Shown here one piece after another: positions 53,401 through 63,927 of a DNA stretch of 64,000 bases. Origin of the DNA: Eledone cirrhosa (lineage: Eukaryota); NCBI GenBank assembly GCA_964016885.1, contig OZ024752.1, positions 26,784,001-26,848,000 of the forward strand, given 5' to 3'. The translations under genes and the position numbers were made by a program. The notes under the pieces were generated by a model, which was not told where the DNA came from, made no database searches, and was given only the letters and a program-made list of their open reading frames with translations. How positions within the stretch are numbered: position 1 is the stretch's first letter; the number at the start of each line of letters is the position of its first letter.

Positions 53401-56400
53401 ACTGATGAGAATGAATGGGAGAGAGGGGCGAGCTATTGAGATTGACGAATATATGGTCCAAGAGGCGATTAAGGAAATGAAAAATGGTAAGGCTGCTGGA
53501 CCGTCAGGGATAGTTGCTGAGATGCTGATGGCATCAGGGGACCTAGGCACTAAACTGGTTGCACGCAGAATCAATCAGTCTATATATGGTGGTGTCATAC
53601 ACAAAGACTGGTGCAGCAGTATTCTCATAAATTACTACAAAGGTAAAGGGGATGCTCTGGAGAGGAGCAATTATAGGGGTATAAAACTGATGGATCAGGT
53701 TATGAAAGTGGCAGAAAGGATATTAGCACAACTAATTAGAGAAAGGGTCAAACTAGATGAGATGCAGTTTGGTTTTGTGCCTGGGAAAAGTACAACAGAT
53801 GCCCTCTTCTTGGTGAAACATTTACAAGAGAGGTTCTTAGAGAAGAATAAGCCACTATATTTAGCCTTTGTGGACCTAGAGAAGGCCTTTGATAGGGTAC
53901 CCCAATCTGTCATCTGGTGGTCCCTAAAGAAACTAGGTGTAGAGGAATGGCGTGTGAGGACAATGCAAGCTATGCACAGGGGTGCTGTCAGTAAAGTGGG
54001 AGTAGGAATGGAATTTAGTAGGGAATTCCAGATACAAGTAGGAGTACATCAGGGTTCGGCCCTCAGCCCCTTCTTCTTCATTATAGTCCTCCAAGCCATA
54101 ACAGAGGAGTTTAAGACTAGCTTCCCATGGGAACTTCTCTATGCTGACGATTTGGTTCTTATAGCAGAATCAGTAGACAAGATAGGGAATAAACTCTGGC
54201 TATGGAAACAGCAGTTGGAAGCAAGAGGACTAAGGGTGACCCTAGCTAAGACAAAGTGTTGATGAGTAGAAAAGAGGACAAAACTCTGATTCCGTCAGAG
54301 AAATGGCCATGCAGAAGAGGAGCTGGCATAAATTCTATAAAATGCACACAATGCAGATCCTGGGTACACAAGAGATGTAGCGGGATAGCAGGCAAACTAA
54401 CAGGTAGGGAGAAATACGTATGCAGTAGATGTACAGGGAAATTAGACAGTAGAAGTCGCATTGATAGACACATTTTTCAAATGCAGGCGGTTGCTATAGA
54501 AGTGGTGGATAGCTTCCGGTACCTAGGCGATCAGATTAGCATGGGGTGGGGGTGCTCCGAGCCATAGTATCTAGAATAAGGACGGGTTGGAAGAAGTTTA
54601 GGGAGCTGCTTCCTCTGTTGACGAAGAAGGGTTTCTCCCTGCATACGAAAGGCTGGTTATATGATGCCTGTGTGAGGAGCGCGATGCTGCATGGTAATGA
54701 GACTTGGGCAGCAACTGCAGAGGATATGCGATGGCTGGAGAGAAATGAGGCAAGCATGCTCCGTTGGATGTGCAATGTCAATGTGCGTGAACGACCCAGC
54801 ATGGATGTGTTGAGATAGAAACTGTGTATAAGAGGGATAAATTGTAGCGTGCAGGAGAGAAGACTGCGATGGTATGGACATGTGATTCACATGGAGGATG
54901 ACGGATGAGTGAAGAAGTGCCAGGAAATTCCTGTTGTTGAAGACGTGATAGAGGTAGACCACGAAAAACATGGGCAGAGGTGGTGAGAACAGATCTCAGA
55001 TCGCTGAAGCTCACGGTGGAGATGACGAAGGACCGTGACAAGTGGAGAGATGCTGTGTTGAATAAGACCCGTCCCACCCTTGCAAGCAGGGAAAAGCGGA
55101 CGTAAAATAATTATGATGATTATGATGATGATGATAAGAAAAATATTTAATAAAGTAAAAAACACTTAATAGAAATGTTTCCCTTACCTCCATCATCGGT
55201 AGTATTTGTTAATGTACCGTTTGTAATTTTTGGTACAACCAAATTAATAATGTCTTGAGGTTCATTAATGAAAACTTCCACTAAAAACTTATCAACAATT
55301 CCACCATGGGACAAATGAATTTCGTGATTGTATTGATGGCTCTTTCGTGTCAGAAGTTCTTGATAAGTCAGGTTGTAAACAATATACTTTTCAGGTTCAA
55401 CATTAACAGATATATCGAAGATATCTGTGTAGCGGTGTCTGGAACAAAAATGAAAAAAAAATCAATTCAAATACTTTAAACATTAATGGAAATCTATAAA
55501 ACATATACTAAATTATTTCTATAAAATAGTTGAGAATAATTTGGCAATGTAAATCGTTGGAGATGAAAAATAGGATTATTGCACTACATAAGTTTGGGGT
55601 CCAACATTAACAGATATAATGAAATAATTTGAGAAGTGGTGTCTAGAAAGCGATAGAAAAACAGTTGAAACATTTTAAAGATTCTGTTTGAATACTGAGA
55701 GGAAGAAGTATCAAATAAAAGGAAAATAATGCATTACTTGACTTCAACATATCCAGCACCACTCCCTCTTTTAATGGCATCCTGGAAAATGTTTTCAGCA
55801 TCCAATCTCTTTTTTACCTCTCCTACTGTCACTTTGCCATCCATTTCCCTGTAATTATCAATAATATTATATCAATAATCAACACAAAAAATCATTTAAA
55901 TTATTTTATAATATCTCGAATACTTATTGATTTAATACATATTGAAAATAAAAATTGCTTAACATTTTATAATGTATTTCAGTTGATATTTTAATTTTGG
56001 AGAATATATTTTGTATTAACTATTCACAGAAGGGAAAGGAACAATGCCCATGACGTTTCCATGAGTAATTGAAGGGGTGGTGTTAAGTTTGGACTTCTGT
56101 AGTCTGATATCCAAGAAAAAACGTTGTAGAGGAAGAATTCTAGAGGATTTTTGTTACAATAATGGTTGGGGCTACTTTATCTCTTCTGCTGTAACAACGC
56201 TTGGCCTTGCTCCACTGTATATGAATCTTTTGCTGTGATGCAGTGGATTGACTGAATCATTGGTGCGTCAAATGAACTGCATTGAAATACTTCATGATGG
56301 TCCTTTAGATTCATCATCATCATCACCGTTTTACGTCCGTTCTTCCACGCTAGCGTGGGTTAGATGGGTTGTCCTGTTGTGGGCAGTAGCCGGTCGCCTG

Positions 56401-57317
56401 ACCATGCCTTGCTCATACGGGAACTGATTCTGGCTTGATTTCTACAGCTGGATGCCCTTCCTAACACCAACCTCATTTACAGTGAGTGCTGGGTGCTTTT
56501 TTTCTGTGTCGCCTACATGCCCACTTTACAGTGTGGGCTGGGTGCTTTTTTGCCATGGCACATCCATGACCACTTTGCAGTGGGAGGGTGTGGGGTCATA
56601 TTGTCTATGCCTGGTTTGAAATCGCACCAAAGTCATCTATGCTGTTCATCCTTCCGCGTTCGATAAAATAAAATACATGTCATTAGGTGGTATTGATTTA
56701 ATCAACTTTTTCTTTTCTCAAAATTTGCTGGCATTGTGTCTAAATAAGAAATTGATATAATCGACTTTGAGAAATCGTGGGAGAACTGTCAAGAGGTATA
56801 TACATGTTTCATAGACCTAAAAAGGGCATATGACCGCATTCCTCAGGACCTGTTGTGAAATGTTCTGCAAGAATATGGATCAATGGATATCTTCTTGTTG
56901 CCCTGATGTCTCTATACGAATGCCCTAGTATTTGTGTTTGGATAACCGGCAGGAGACCCAGGGTAGATTCCTAGCAAAATGGTTGGATATCATCCATGAG
57001 CTTTCTTGGTCTGACTTGGAGATAGAGCTGGATCTATTGGAAAAGGTTGCTTCTGACAGGATTTGCTGGTAGGTATGTTTGAGGACTTTGCTCCAATGAC
57101 TCTCCCAGGAATATGTGGAAGAAGGAGGAGGGGTGGAGGAGGAGGAGAAATATACTTACATTGAAAAATTCGATATAAATGCATTTTTGGGTATGTTTAC
57201 GTGTAAATCAGCAGTGACAGCAAAACTATCCGGATTATAATATGTCATTGATACTCTAGTGGTTGCAAATCGATATTTAATGTCACTGATTATATGGATA
57301 GATTTCAGTTCTGCTGT
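11805..57317 (-). CDS. ITIH-like (VIT-VWA-linker-C-terminal domain) multi-exon gene, incomplete at both ends
   Basis: Manual splicing with GT-AG sites and consistent phases: 57317-57160, 55848-55738, 55438-55188, 51003-50843, 48857-48569, 47313-46637, 43881-43809, 42021-41947, 40376-40350, 39255-39229, 23424-23356, 19788-19720, 16341-16273, 13079-13011, 11909-11805. Motifs: YRFATTRV, AFISNFSM, YNLTYQELL (VIT); DGYFVHFF, DISKSMSG (MIDAS), IIIFLTDGQPT, FTLGFG, YFKGSELVVAG, YLTLQELL, YNFVTPLTSMVV. Orthology to a particular vertebrate ITIH cannot be assigned. Confidence 0.9.
13011..13079 (-). CDS. 69-nt repeated exon, fourth copy
   Basis: Same sequence and intact splice sites. Confidence 0.7.
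13812..15242 (-). mobile_element. 5'-truncated RTE-clade LINE (RT fragment); further copies at about 17305-18735, 20960-22375 and 24386-25797
   Basis: FVDLEKAFDRVP, GVHQGSALSP, LLY(A/T)(D/E)DL motifs; (GAT)n tail; premature stops. Confidence 0.92.
16273..16341 (-). CDS. 69-nt repeated exon, third copy
   Basis: Same sequence and intact splice sites. Confidence 0.65.
17109..17255. mobile_element. Palindromic MITE, Kolobok-like (TTAA|AG...CT|TTAA); also in units 3 and 4, left arm deleted in unit 1
   Basis: ttaa-agtcctttattgata ... tatcaataaaggact-ttaa, imperfect ~60 bp arms. Confidence 0.65.
19720..19788 (-). CDS. 69-nt repeated exon, second copy
   Basis: Same sequence and intact splice sites. 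Confidence 0.65.
20113..20299 (-). mobile_element. Full-length tRNA-derived SINE present only in array unit 3
   Basis: A box tggcagtatcgg, B box gagttcaaatcc; flanking duplication atatattatattatataat; empty site in unit 2. Confidence 0.92.
23356..23424 (-). CDS. 69-nt phase 1/1 repeated exon, first copy in transcript order (xRGTGISLNETTTNIIPTVEKIP)
   Basis: atcag acceptor, gtaagg donor, open frame. Confidence 0.7.
26500..27200 (-). mobile_element. Penelope-like fragment (endonuclease C-terminus plus AT-rich 3' region with an internal ~180 bp-period repeat)
   Basis: Minus strand 27200-27085 reads RYECRLCSQELFKIMKSKDILLNKRQELIISFNH. Confidence 0.65.
27205..28645 (-). mobile_element. RTE LINE fragment (end of endonuclease plus start of RT)
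   Basis: IDFLL, HRLVV, KAAGPSG, KGKGD, FVDLEKAFDRVP; cut off at VIWWSLK. Confidence 0.92.
29193..29385 (+). mobile_element. tRNA-derived SINE of the main family; further copies at about 31415, 32300, 36911, 38778, 40891, 46192, 50227, 56615, 57720 and 63230
   Basis: A and B boxes and shared body gcctttcatcct...ataaaataaagtaccagtaa. Confidence 0.9.
30003..30200. mobile_element. Possible solo LTR (TG...CA) inside a TA microsatellite
   Basis: GC-richer 198-bp island with TG...CA ends flanked by TATA on both sides; no PBS or PPT seen. Confidence 0.3.
33021..33977. repeat. ~213-bp apparently perfect inverted repeat (33021-33233 / 33765-33977) with ~530 bp spacer
   Basis: Arms read as reverse complements; ends ACTAG...CTAGT. 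Confidence 0.95.
33639..33726. mobile_element. hAT-like mini-MITE
   Basis: TIR cagggctgcggag / ctccgcagctctg; flanks gtattata / ttattata (7 of 8 match). Confidence 0.7.
34592..36645 (+). mobile_element. Cluster of non-autonomous Helitron-like modules; related 5' module at about 28889-29050
   Basis: Repeated TC..TATATATAA starts followed by (CTGT)n, CTAG-ended palindromes, and internal direct repeats of ~105-120 bp. Confidence 0.6.
37230..37586 (+). mobile_element. Non-autonomous Helitron 3' portion (5' boundary uncertain)
   Basis: cccgagcaacgccggg-tacctctg-CTAG|T, nearly the same 3' signature as the large Helitron. Confidence 0.75.
37996..38035 (-). ncRNA. Minimal type I hammerhead ribozyme
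   Basis: ccgag-CTGAAGA-tccgcgaaggt-GAAA-caattg-TT-ctcgg. Confidence 0.8.
38320..38359 (+). ncRNA. Minimal type I hammerhead ribozyme
   Basis: ccgag-CTGAAGA-tccgcaaaggt-GAAA-caattg-TT-ctcgg; palindromic stem III ACAATTGT. Confidence 0.8.
39229..39255 (-). CDS. 27-nt phase 1/1 microexon (AMSRFPNNK)
   Basis: cttacatttcag acceptor, gtaagt donor; upstream intron similar to that of the 40350-40376 microexon. Confidence 0.7.
40350..40376 (-). CDS. 27-nt phase 1/1 microexon (PGIHALHHG)
   Basis: tttcag acceptor, gtaagc donor, in frame. Confidence 0.7.
41947..42021 (-). CDS. 75-nt phase 1/1 linker exon (AEYLTTVYEVRSLGPPLLPFKLLEM)
   Basis: ttctgttctatttgtag acceptor, gtaagt donor, open and in phase. 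Confidence 0.75.
42820..42865 (-). ncRNA. Minimal type I hammerhead ribozyme, U3-A8 core variant
   Basis: Reverse complement of 43087-43132. Confidence 0.8.
43087..43132 (+). ncRNA. Minimal type I hammerhead ribozyme, U3-A8 core variant
   Basis: tggcc-TTGATAA-gcttcaaccaaagc-GAAA-caagtcttg-TC-ggctt; predicted cut after C43127. Confidence 0.8.
43809..43881 (-). CDS. ITIH-like exon YNFVTPLTSMVVEKAYVKEEHFEE
   Basis: Hallmark FVTPLTSMVV motif; cag acceptor, gtaatt donor (phase 1). Confidence 0.93.
44600..46070 (-). mobile_element. CRE-like (restriction-like endonuclease) non-LTR retrotransposon fragment
   Basis: SGVWLHALP, CRC...HPLSC...RH zinc knuckle, KRPDSMT...GKPLAWDDTCSDT; frameshifted. 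Confidence 0.8.
46637..47313 (-). CDS. ITIH-like exon, second half of VWA domain and post-VWA region
   Basis: GTNINSALL...FLTDGQPT...FTLGFG...GSELVVAG...YLTLQELL; cag acceptor, gtgagt donor. Confidence 0.95.
47716..47847 (-). mobile_element. tRNA-derived SINE of a second family
   Basis: Minus strand tggcttaatgg (A box) and gagttcaattc (B box). Confidence 0.75.
48111..48420. repeat. (GAA)n-(GAG)n-(AAG)n polypurine triplet tract
   Basis: Direct inspection. Confidence 0.98.
48569..48857 (-). CDS. ITIH-like exon, first half of VWA domain with DxSxS MIDAS
   Basis: ALDGYFVHFFS...KDIVFMLDISKSMSGTKMKQLKEAM; tag acceptor, gtaagt donor. Confidence 0.95.
49439..49623 (+). mobile_element. Full-length SINE with 14-bp TSD attattctttcgca
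   Basis: TSD at 49425-49438 and 49624-49637. Confidence 0.93.
49891..50004. repeat. 16-bp minisatellite ctagtgcatagtacNN, 7 copies
   Basis: Direct inspection. Confidence 0.95.
50843..51003 (-). CDS. ITIH-like exon (...YIKYNPSRKQQQEISKDGVAGLLTVKYDLKR...)
   Basis: tttcag acceptor, gtaaga donor, motif typical of the ITIH segment before VWA. Confidence 0.9.
51535..52960 (-). mobile_element. Degraded RTE-like LINE of a different family
   Basis: NQNGFRRGRST and IKYLGSW fragments. Confidence 0.75.
53260..55135 (+). mobile_element. 5'-truncated RTE LINE, same family as the array copies
   Basis: RT ORF with LLYADDL, frameshifts, (GAT)n tail. Confidence 0.93.
55188..55438 (-). CDS. ITIH-like exon, end of VIT domain (HRYTDIFDISVNVEPEKYIVYNLTYQELLTRK...)
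   Basis: ttccag acceptor, gtaagg donor, open frame. Confidence 0.92.
55738..55848 (-). CDS. ITIH-like exon, VIT domain (EMDGKVTVGEVKKRLDAENIFQDAIKRGSGAGYVEVK)
   Basis: cag acceptor, gtaatg donor, phase 2/2 matching neighbouring exons. Confidence 0.9.
56766..56950 (+). mobile_element. Short non-LTR RT fragment
   Basis: FEKSWE...CFIDLKRAYDRIP with a stop. Confidence 0.7.
57160..57317 (-). CDS. ITIH-like exon, start of VIT domain (TAELKSIHIISDIKYRFATTRVSMTYYNPDSFAVTADLHVNIPKNAFISNFSM)
   Basis: ttttccag acceptor, gtaagt donor, open frame, VIT-type motifs. Confidence 0.9.
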
Positions 57318-58423
57318 CTGGAAAAAAAATTGTGAAACTCTTTAAAGGAATGTTTTATATTTTTACCTAAATGTACGAATTAAACTTTTTTCATTAAATC
57401 ACATTTTTTTAAATGATACCAAATAATATTTCCAGATTGTTAAATTTAATATATTATAAACTATTCTGATATTTATTTTGAAGATAATATAACCAACAAC
57501 AATCATGTTACCATTTATGTTACAAGTAAGATATTATAATGATTATAATGCATCCTGTGCGAGATGTAAGGGCGACATATTGACATACAGCGTTTCTAGA
57601 GCATTTTGTAAACCTGGTGGAGCCCATCTCCTCTCCAGGTCTGAATATAGCAGATTTCTTCCAGTGAAGGAAAGAGTGAGTTAGAAAATGGAAGTATGAA
57701 AGAGATATAATGGAAGAATCGATCTCAGTACTAGACTGGTACTTTTTTATCGACCTCAAATGGATGAAAGGCAAAGTTGACCTCAGCATGATCAGTTACT
57801 TTTGAGGTCATCTTTAAACAGTTAGATGACAGTTTACCTGAAAAATATACAATGTAGTTATTAATAAGAAGAGTTGAAATTAACGTATGCAAGATTTCAC
57901 AGCTCTAAAGTCAATCCTTCAGAGTCAGCTTATGAAGTTTTCAGTTCACCCTCTATGAATTATTACTAGTTGAGAAAGCTCTTTATGAAGCATTTGAAAC
58001 AAATTCTTTAACAAGCACGAGTTATTGGTATACAAAATGATGAAGAAGCATAAATATGTTTTATGATGTTTTACGATAAATTGTGTGTCGACCTTCATAA
58101 TAAATATCCTCAATTTCTGAGAAAGCTCACACAATACTCATAGATATTTGTCATGTGTTGAGGTTTGTATAACAACACGATTTAAACCAAAGAATGTGTA
58201 CATGCAGTCAATACAGATATTTTCTCAAGTTTCACAAATATTTCCTTTAAAAGCCACATGAATCTAAAAAATATGACTTTCTATAAATTACGACGCACAA
58301 AAAAAGCAGGAGAGTTTAGGTATGTTTTCACTATGTTATGGCTCTTTTGCCCGCAGTTTTATTTTGAGAACTACGTCGTATGAGCAAATGAATGCGGCGA
58401 AATACATAAAGAACGTTTGGGAT

Positions 58424-61400
58424 ATCATCATCATCATCATCATCATCGTTTAACGTCCATCTTCCACGCTTGCATGGGTTTGGACGGGAGTTTTCCCACT
58501 TGAGGCAAGATTGGTTGTCCTGCTATATAGGACTGTCTGACTGGTTTTCTATGGCTAGATGCCCTTCCTAACACCAACCACGTTTACAGTGTGGACTGGG
58601 AGGTTTTTACCGTGTTACCTACACGGCCACATTACAGCGTGGATTGTGTGTTTTTTTTGTCGTGACACCTACACGACCTCATTTGTTTCGGACTGGATGT
58701 TGTGGTACCAACATAACTTCACATTTAAGGGGGGGGGGGTGGATGAGGTGGGGGTAGTGGGACAGGGGTGTATTTTGTTAGAGGTGCCTGCTGACTGTAG
58801 GTTTCGCTTTGTACTTAGGCAAGGCGGGTCTTCTGTATTACTGTGTAGCGCCAAAGATCTCGGTCCAGTGACATTGTCTTGGAGAGGTGTAAGTGTGTGA
58901 GGTCTGAATTTATCAAGTCGTCCCAGGTTTTTCTGGGTCTGCGTACTCCGTGGCTACCGTCTATTTTTATCGCCCTGCACTTTTTCTATACAGCTGTCGT
59001 CTTTCATGCGCATCACGTGACCGTACCAACGTAGTCTTCTCTCGAGTAAACAACATCTAATCCCTCTTATTCCTAATTTCTCCCTTAGTTCGTTTGTGCT
59101 TTGCCGTTCACGTATATTACTATTACACATCCAGCGGAGCATGCAAGCTTCGTTCCTCTCCAGTCTGCGTATAGCCTCTGCACACAATGCCCAGGTCTCA
59201 CTGCCATGTAACATTGCTGTTCGTATGCAGGCATCATACAGACTGCCTTTCATTTTTAGAGAGAACCCTTTAGCGGCCAATAGTGGTATAAGCTCTCTGA
59301 ACTTTTTCCATCCCGTTCTGACTCTAGCTACTGTACTTTCAGAGCACCCTCCCCCACTGCTGATTTTGTCACCCAGGTAACGGAAGGTGTCCACTATTTC
59401 TATAGAATCATCTATGCAATGAAATGAGCTAGTATTCTGTGGGCACTTGCTGCTACTTATTGCACCAGAGCACCGGCCGCATATAAAATCTATATTCTTA
59501 GTTAGCTTACCTGTGATCCCACTACATCTTTTATGCACCCATACTTTGCATTTGGGAGATAAAATGGAGTTTCTGCTTACTCCTTTCCTACACACTGAGC
59601 ATGGCCATTTCCCAGATGGGACCGGTGCCCTATTTTCCTTCATACAAACTAGAACTTTAGTCTTAGACAAGTTAACTTTAAGGCCTTTTGATTCTTGGCC
59701 ATGCTTCCATGTTTGGAATTTCTTCTCTAGTTCAGCCATTGATTCAGCTATGAGCGTTAGATCATCTGCATATAGGAGTTCCCATGGGCAGCCGGTCTTG
59801 AACTCCTCTGTTATAGCCTGAAAGGCAATAATAAATAGTAGGGGGCTAAGAACGGAGCCCTGATGAACACCAACTTTTACGCTAAACTCTTCACTATATT
59901 CATTGTTAATTCTAACCTTGCTGACTGTTTCTTTATACATGGCTTGTATAGCTCTCACAAGCCATTCTTCAACACCTAGTTTTCTAAGAGCCCACCAGAT
60001 AATGGAGCGGGGGACTCTGTCAAAGGCTTTCTCCAAGTCGACAAAAGCTAAGTATAGGGGTTTACTTTTAGCTAGGTACTTCTCCTGTAGTTGCCGTACA
60101 ATGAAAAGAGCATCTGTGGTACTTTTACCTGACACAAACCCGAACTGCATTTCATCTAGATCAATTCGCTCTCTGATTAGTTGCGCTATTACTTTTTCTG
60201 TGACCTTCATGACCTGGTCGATTAATTTAATGCCTCTATAGTTACCCCTATCTAGGGCATCTCCTTTACCCTTGTAGTAGTTAATGATGATACTGCTACG
60301 CCAGTCCTTCGGAACTACCCCATTCTGTATGACTTGGTTTACTATCCGGGTGACCATAGTGTGTCCCACCGTTCCAGATGCTTTCAGCATTTCAGCAACT
60401 ATTTCCGCAGGCCCATCCGCCTTACCCGTCTTTATATCTTTGATTGCCTTACTTATTATACTACCTTCAACTAGCACTGCTGGTCCCTCTATTGGATCTA
60501 TCGTGGGGGAGACTGTCTTTCTCCCATTTATTCTCCTCATTTAGTAGCCTTTCGTAGTGACACTTCCAAGCTACCTTCTTATCAGCGTCAGTGATGGCAA
60601 GTACACAATCATCATTAAGGACACACTTCTCCCCGACAATATCACTGTTTTCCTTGACACATTGCCTAGCAATCCTGAACACCTCACGTTTTTGGTCCTC
60701 GCGTTGTAGAACATGCTTGAACTTTCTTTCCTCTGCTTCCCTTCTTGCGAAGTACACTTGTCTCCTAGCTTCCCTCCTGGCCACTTGATAGTCTTCTCTA
60801 CTTCCCCCATCCCGCCATACTTTCCAAGCCTGCTTTTTGGCCTTAATTGACTCCTCCACCTTACTGTTCCACCACCATGTTACTCTCCTCCTGCCTACAG
60901 GACTGCTCTAGCCACAGACATCATCTGCCGCCTTCAGCAGGTTAGCTTTCAGGAATTCCCACTGTTCCTCTATATTGTACGACTCTAATTACTCTTCCTT
61001 ACTGTCAAAAGCATCAAGTAATATGCTTTTAAATTTATTACTGGCTGTGGGGTCCTTTAGCTTCCATATTTTTCTCCTGAGGATAGTCCTCCTCTGTTGT
61101 CGAGTACGTCTTGTCCTGACTACGAGGTCGCTGACTATGAGTCTATGTTGGGAGGTGCATTCTTCGTGGGGGAGGGATTTAGTGTTTACGACAGACACTC
61201 TATATCACGTCTTCTGGTAAGGATGTAATCTATCTGACTGGCGTGTTCCTCTGATCTATAGGTGATCAAGTGATTGTCTCATTTTTTGAAGTTAGTGTTA
61301 CAGACAGTTAGGTTATTTGCGTCACAGAATTCCAGGATTCTGGCACCTCCCTCATTTCTAGTACCACACCCATAGCCTCCGTGGATTCCGGCATAACCGT

Positions 61401-62100
61401 CACAATGTTGTCCAACGTGACTATTTAGGTCGCCAGCAATAATTATATAGTCACTGTCGGTTATTTGGGACGTCGTGAGCATCAATGTCTCATAGAATCT
61501 GTCTTTTATAACGCCAAGCAGTCCGGATTGGAGTGCGTACGCAGATATTACTGTCACAGTAGTTCTATTTAGGACAAGTCTTATTTTAATTATTCTGTCG
61601 TTCACTCTATTTACGTCTATTATCTTATCTAACTATTTTTCTGCTAACATGATTCCTACCCCACCCAGCCCATTGTCATTTCCCACCCAGAAAAGCTTAT
61701 AGCATCGTTTTTTACCCACAATGAATCTATCAGACCCACCCCTCCACAGCAAACATCAACCTCCTTACGTTCAAGCATTTCTACAACCTCGTTAGAGCGA
61801 CCTTTTAAGGTGCCTACATTCATGGTACCAACTGTGAAGTTTTGGATTGCGTTTGGTGGGTCGGAACGGTGGGGCGCGGGGAGGGGGGAGGGCGAGGGGG
61901 TTGGGATTATCTTGGCCATCCGCGGCTGAAACAAAGAGGAGGAGGAGTCCTTGCGTTTTCGTTCGGAAGCATAAGATGAATTTGTCTTTATCTTTGGCAT
62001 TGTCACTGAGTGTCCAGGTTTTCTTTTTTCAGACTCTCCAGAATTCCCTAGTCTATCCATCATAACGAAAGGCAACCGGAAGAAGTGATAGCATAGGCCG
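58424..62100 (-). mobile_element. Near full-length RTE LINE (APE endonuclease + RT), frameshifted
   Basis: VGTMNVGTL, IIAGDLN, HRLIV, 528-aa RT ORF with YADD, 3' UTR and (GAT)n tail; 5' end approximate. Confidence 0.95.
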
Positions 62101-62131
62101 CTGACTTATGATTGGTCGAAATAATAATAAT

Positions 62132-62312
62132 TGTTTCTACTTTAGGCACAAGGCCAGCAATTACCCAGTGCATTACTGGTACTTTATTTTATCGACCTCG
62201 TAAGGATGAAAGGCTATGTCAACCTCGGTGGGATTTGAACTCAGATCGTAAAGGGACGTAACTATGCTTCAAAGCATGGCGTCCGACTCTCTACCGATAC
62301 TGCCAATCTACC
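62132..62312 (-). mobile_element. SINE with 18-bp TSD ggtcgaaataataataat
   Basis: TSD at 62114-62131 and 62313-62330. Confidence 0.93.
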
Positions 62313-63469
62313 GGTCGAAATAATAATAATGCTGGTGAGTGGGAGGGGTATGGGGTAGTTAGCGAAAAGGTTTAAATAAAATCCTCGAAATTTGGGTATA
62401 ATTGGACAAGCATATAACAGTAATAAGCGAATAATATTTAGTTTAAATAAAATCCTCGAAATGTGGGTATAATTGGACAAGCACATAACAGTAATAAGCG
62501 AATAATATTTAGAACAACTTGACAGAATTATAGAATAGCATTGAGATGGACCGGGAAATGGAGAGACAAAAAAAGAAAATTGCATTTTACATTATATTTC
62601 ACAGGAGAACGAACAGTGTGACCATTAATAAGATTTGACAAATTCTGAGATTCGTACCTCGTAACAGGTTTATTTTATATTTGGTGAGAGAAGGGGGGGG
62701 GGGGTAGTAAAGATTAGGAGGGACAAGGAGGCCATTTTATAAATCCTAGGATTTTCGGCCAAAATTAAATGAACGGGATCGAGATTGTTATTTTAGAAAA
62801 ACAAACGAGGAGATATGTGGATTATATTTCCAAGTGTATTTTAATCAGCTCTTAATGTAAGATTATTACAGTGCATTTGAGTGATGTCTAGTTACAATGA
62901 TGCATGCATGGTCTCATAACACATAAGGGAGTCATAGGAATGCTGTATTGACATACCGAGCGGGATTTGTCGTGTCGCCATACCGACATATTGCATTTCT
63001 AGGGCATTTTAAAATCTGGCGGAGCCTATCTCCTTTCCAGGTCTGAATACAATAGATTTCTTCCAGAGAAAATTAGATAGTGAGGGAATGGAAGTGAGAA
63101 AGTGATATAGAGGAAAAACTGACACTTTTTAAATTTTGATATAATTCCTAACAAAATAGCAACACTATAGTGTAAAAATCCTTTCTTGCTAATTCTGGGT
63201 TATTGATGCAATATATATATAATTCTTTCTTCATTTGGCACATGGCCAGAACTTTGATGAGAAAGGGAAAGTCGATTAAATCGACCCCAGTGCATTACAG
63301 GTGCTTTCTTTTATCGACCCCCTATAAGGATAAAAGTTAAAGCTAACCTTGCCGGTATTTGAGCTCAGAACGAAAAGAGGCGTAATTCTATGGCTCAAAC
63401 CATGTTGTCCGATGGTCTACCGATACTAGCAATCCACCATCCCTTGTGCAATATCTATATCTATATCTA

Positions 63470-63773
63470 GGCAATGCTCTGGTGTATCCATTGTATCTCG
63501 GTGTCTCCATTGAATTGAAGTGTGGAAAGGTTTGCTTGAGCAAATCTGTTCTCAGGAGCCAGAGTCGCAGCCATGTTCAAAGAGAACAAGTGAACTATGA
63601 TCTCCACGGTGTTGTGAAGGTTCACAGGCAACTTGAGACAAGACCTGAGGCCAGGGAGATCCATAGTTGTTGTCAATGTGTGAAGGAGTGCAAGTCTCTA
63701 GCTGGCTTGAAAAGCGTCACACATCTGAATCTGACAAGCGATTGCAATACTCTTAGTAGAGTTTTCAGCCATC
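63470..63773 (+). mobile_element. LINE 3' fragment with C2H2-like motifs
   Basis: CGKVCLSKSVLRSQSRSH and CCQCVKECKSLAGLKS; flanked on both sides by atctatatcta. Confidence 0.55.
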
Positions 63774-63927
63774 ATCTATATCTATATATAATATAAAAGA
63801 GAGATGTTTGTTGGTTGGTTGGTTGAATCATTCGAAAACTACACACACAGACACCTAAAGAGAGAGAGGGGAGGCAGAAAGAGAGAGATAAGCCGTTATA
63901 CAGAGAGATACAATTAAAGTGTTAAAT

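Noticed and set aside
58954-60540. Active RT gene
   Set aside because: The element's single ORF is split by several frameshifts and stops upstream
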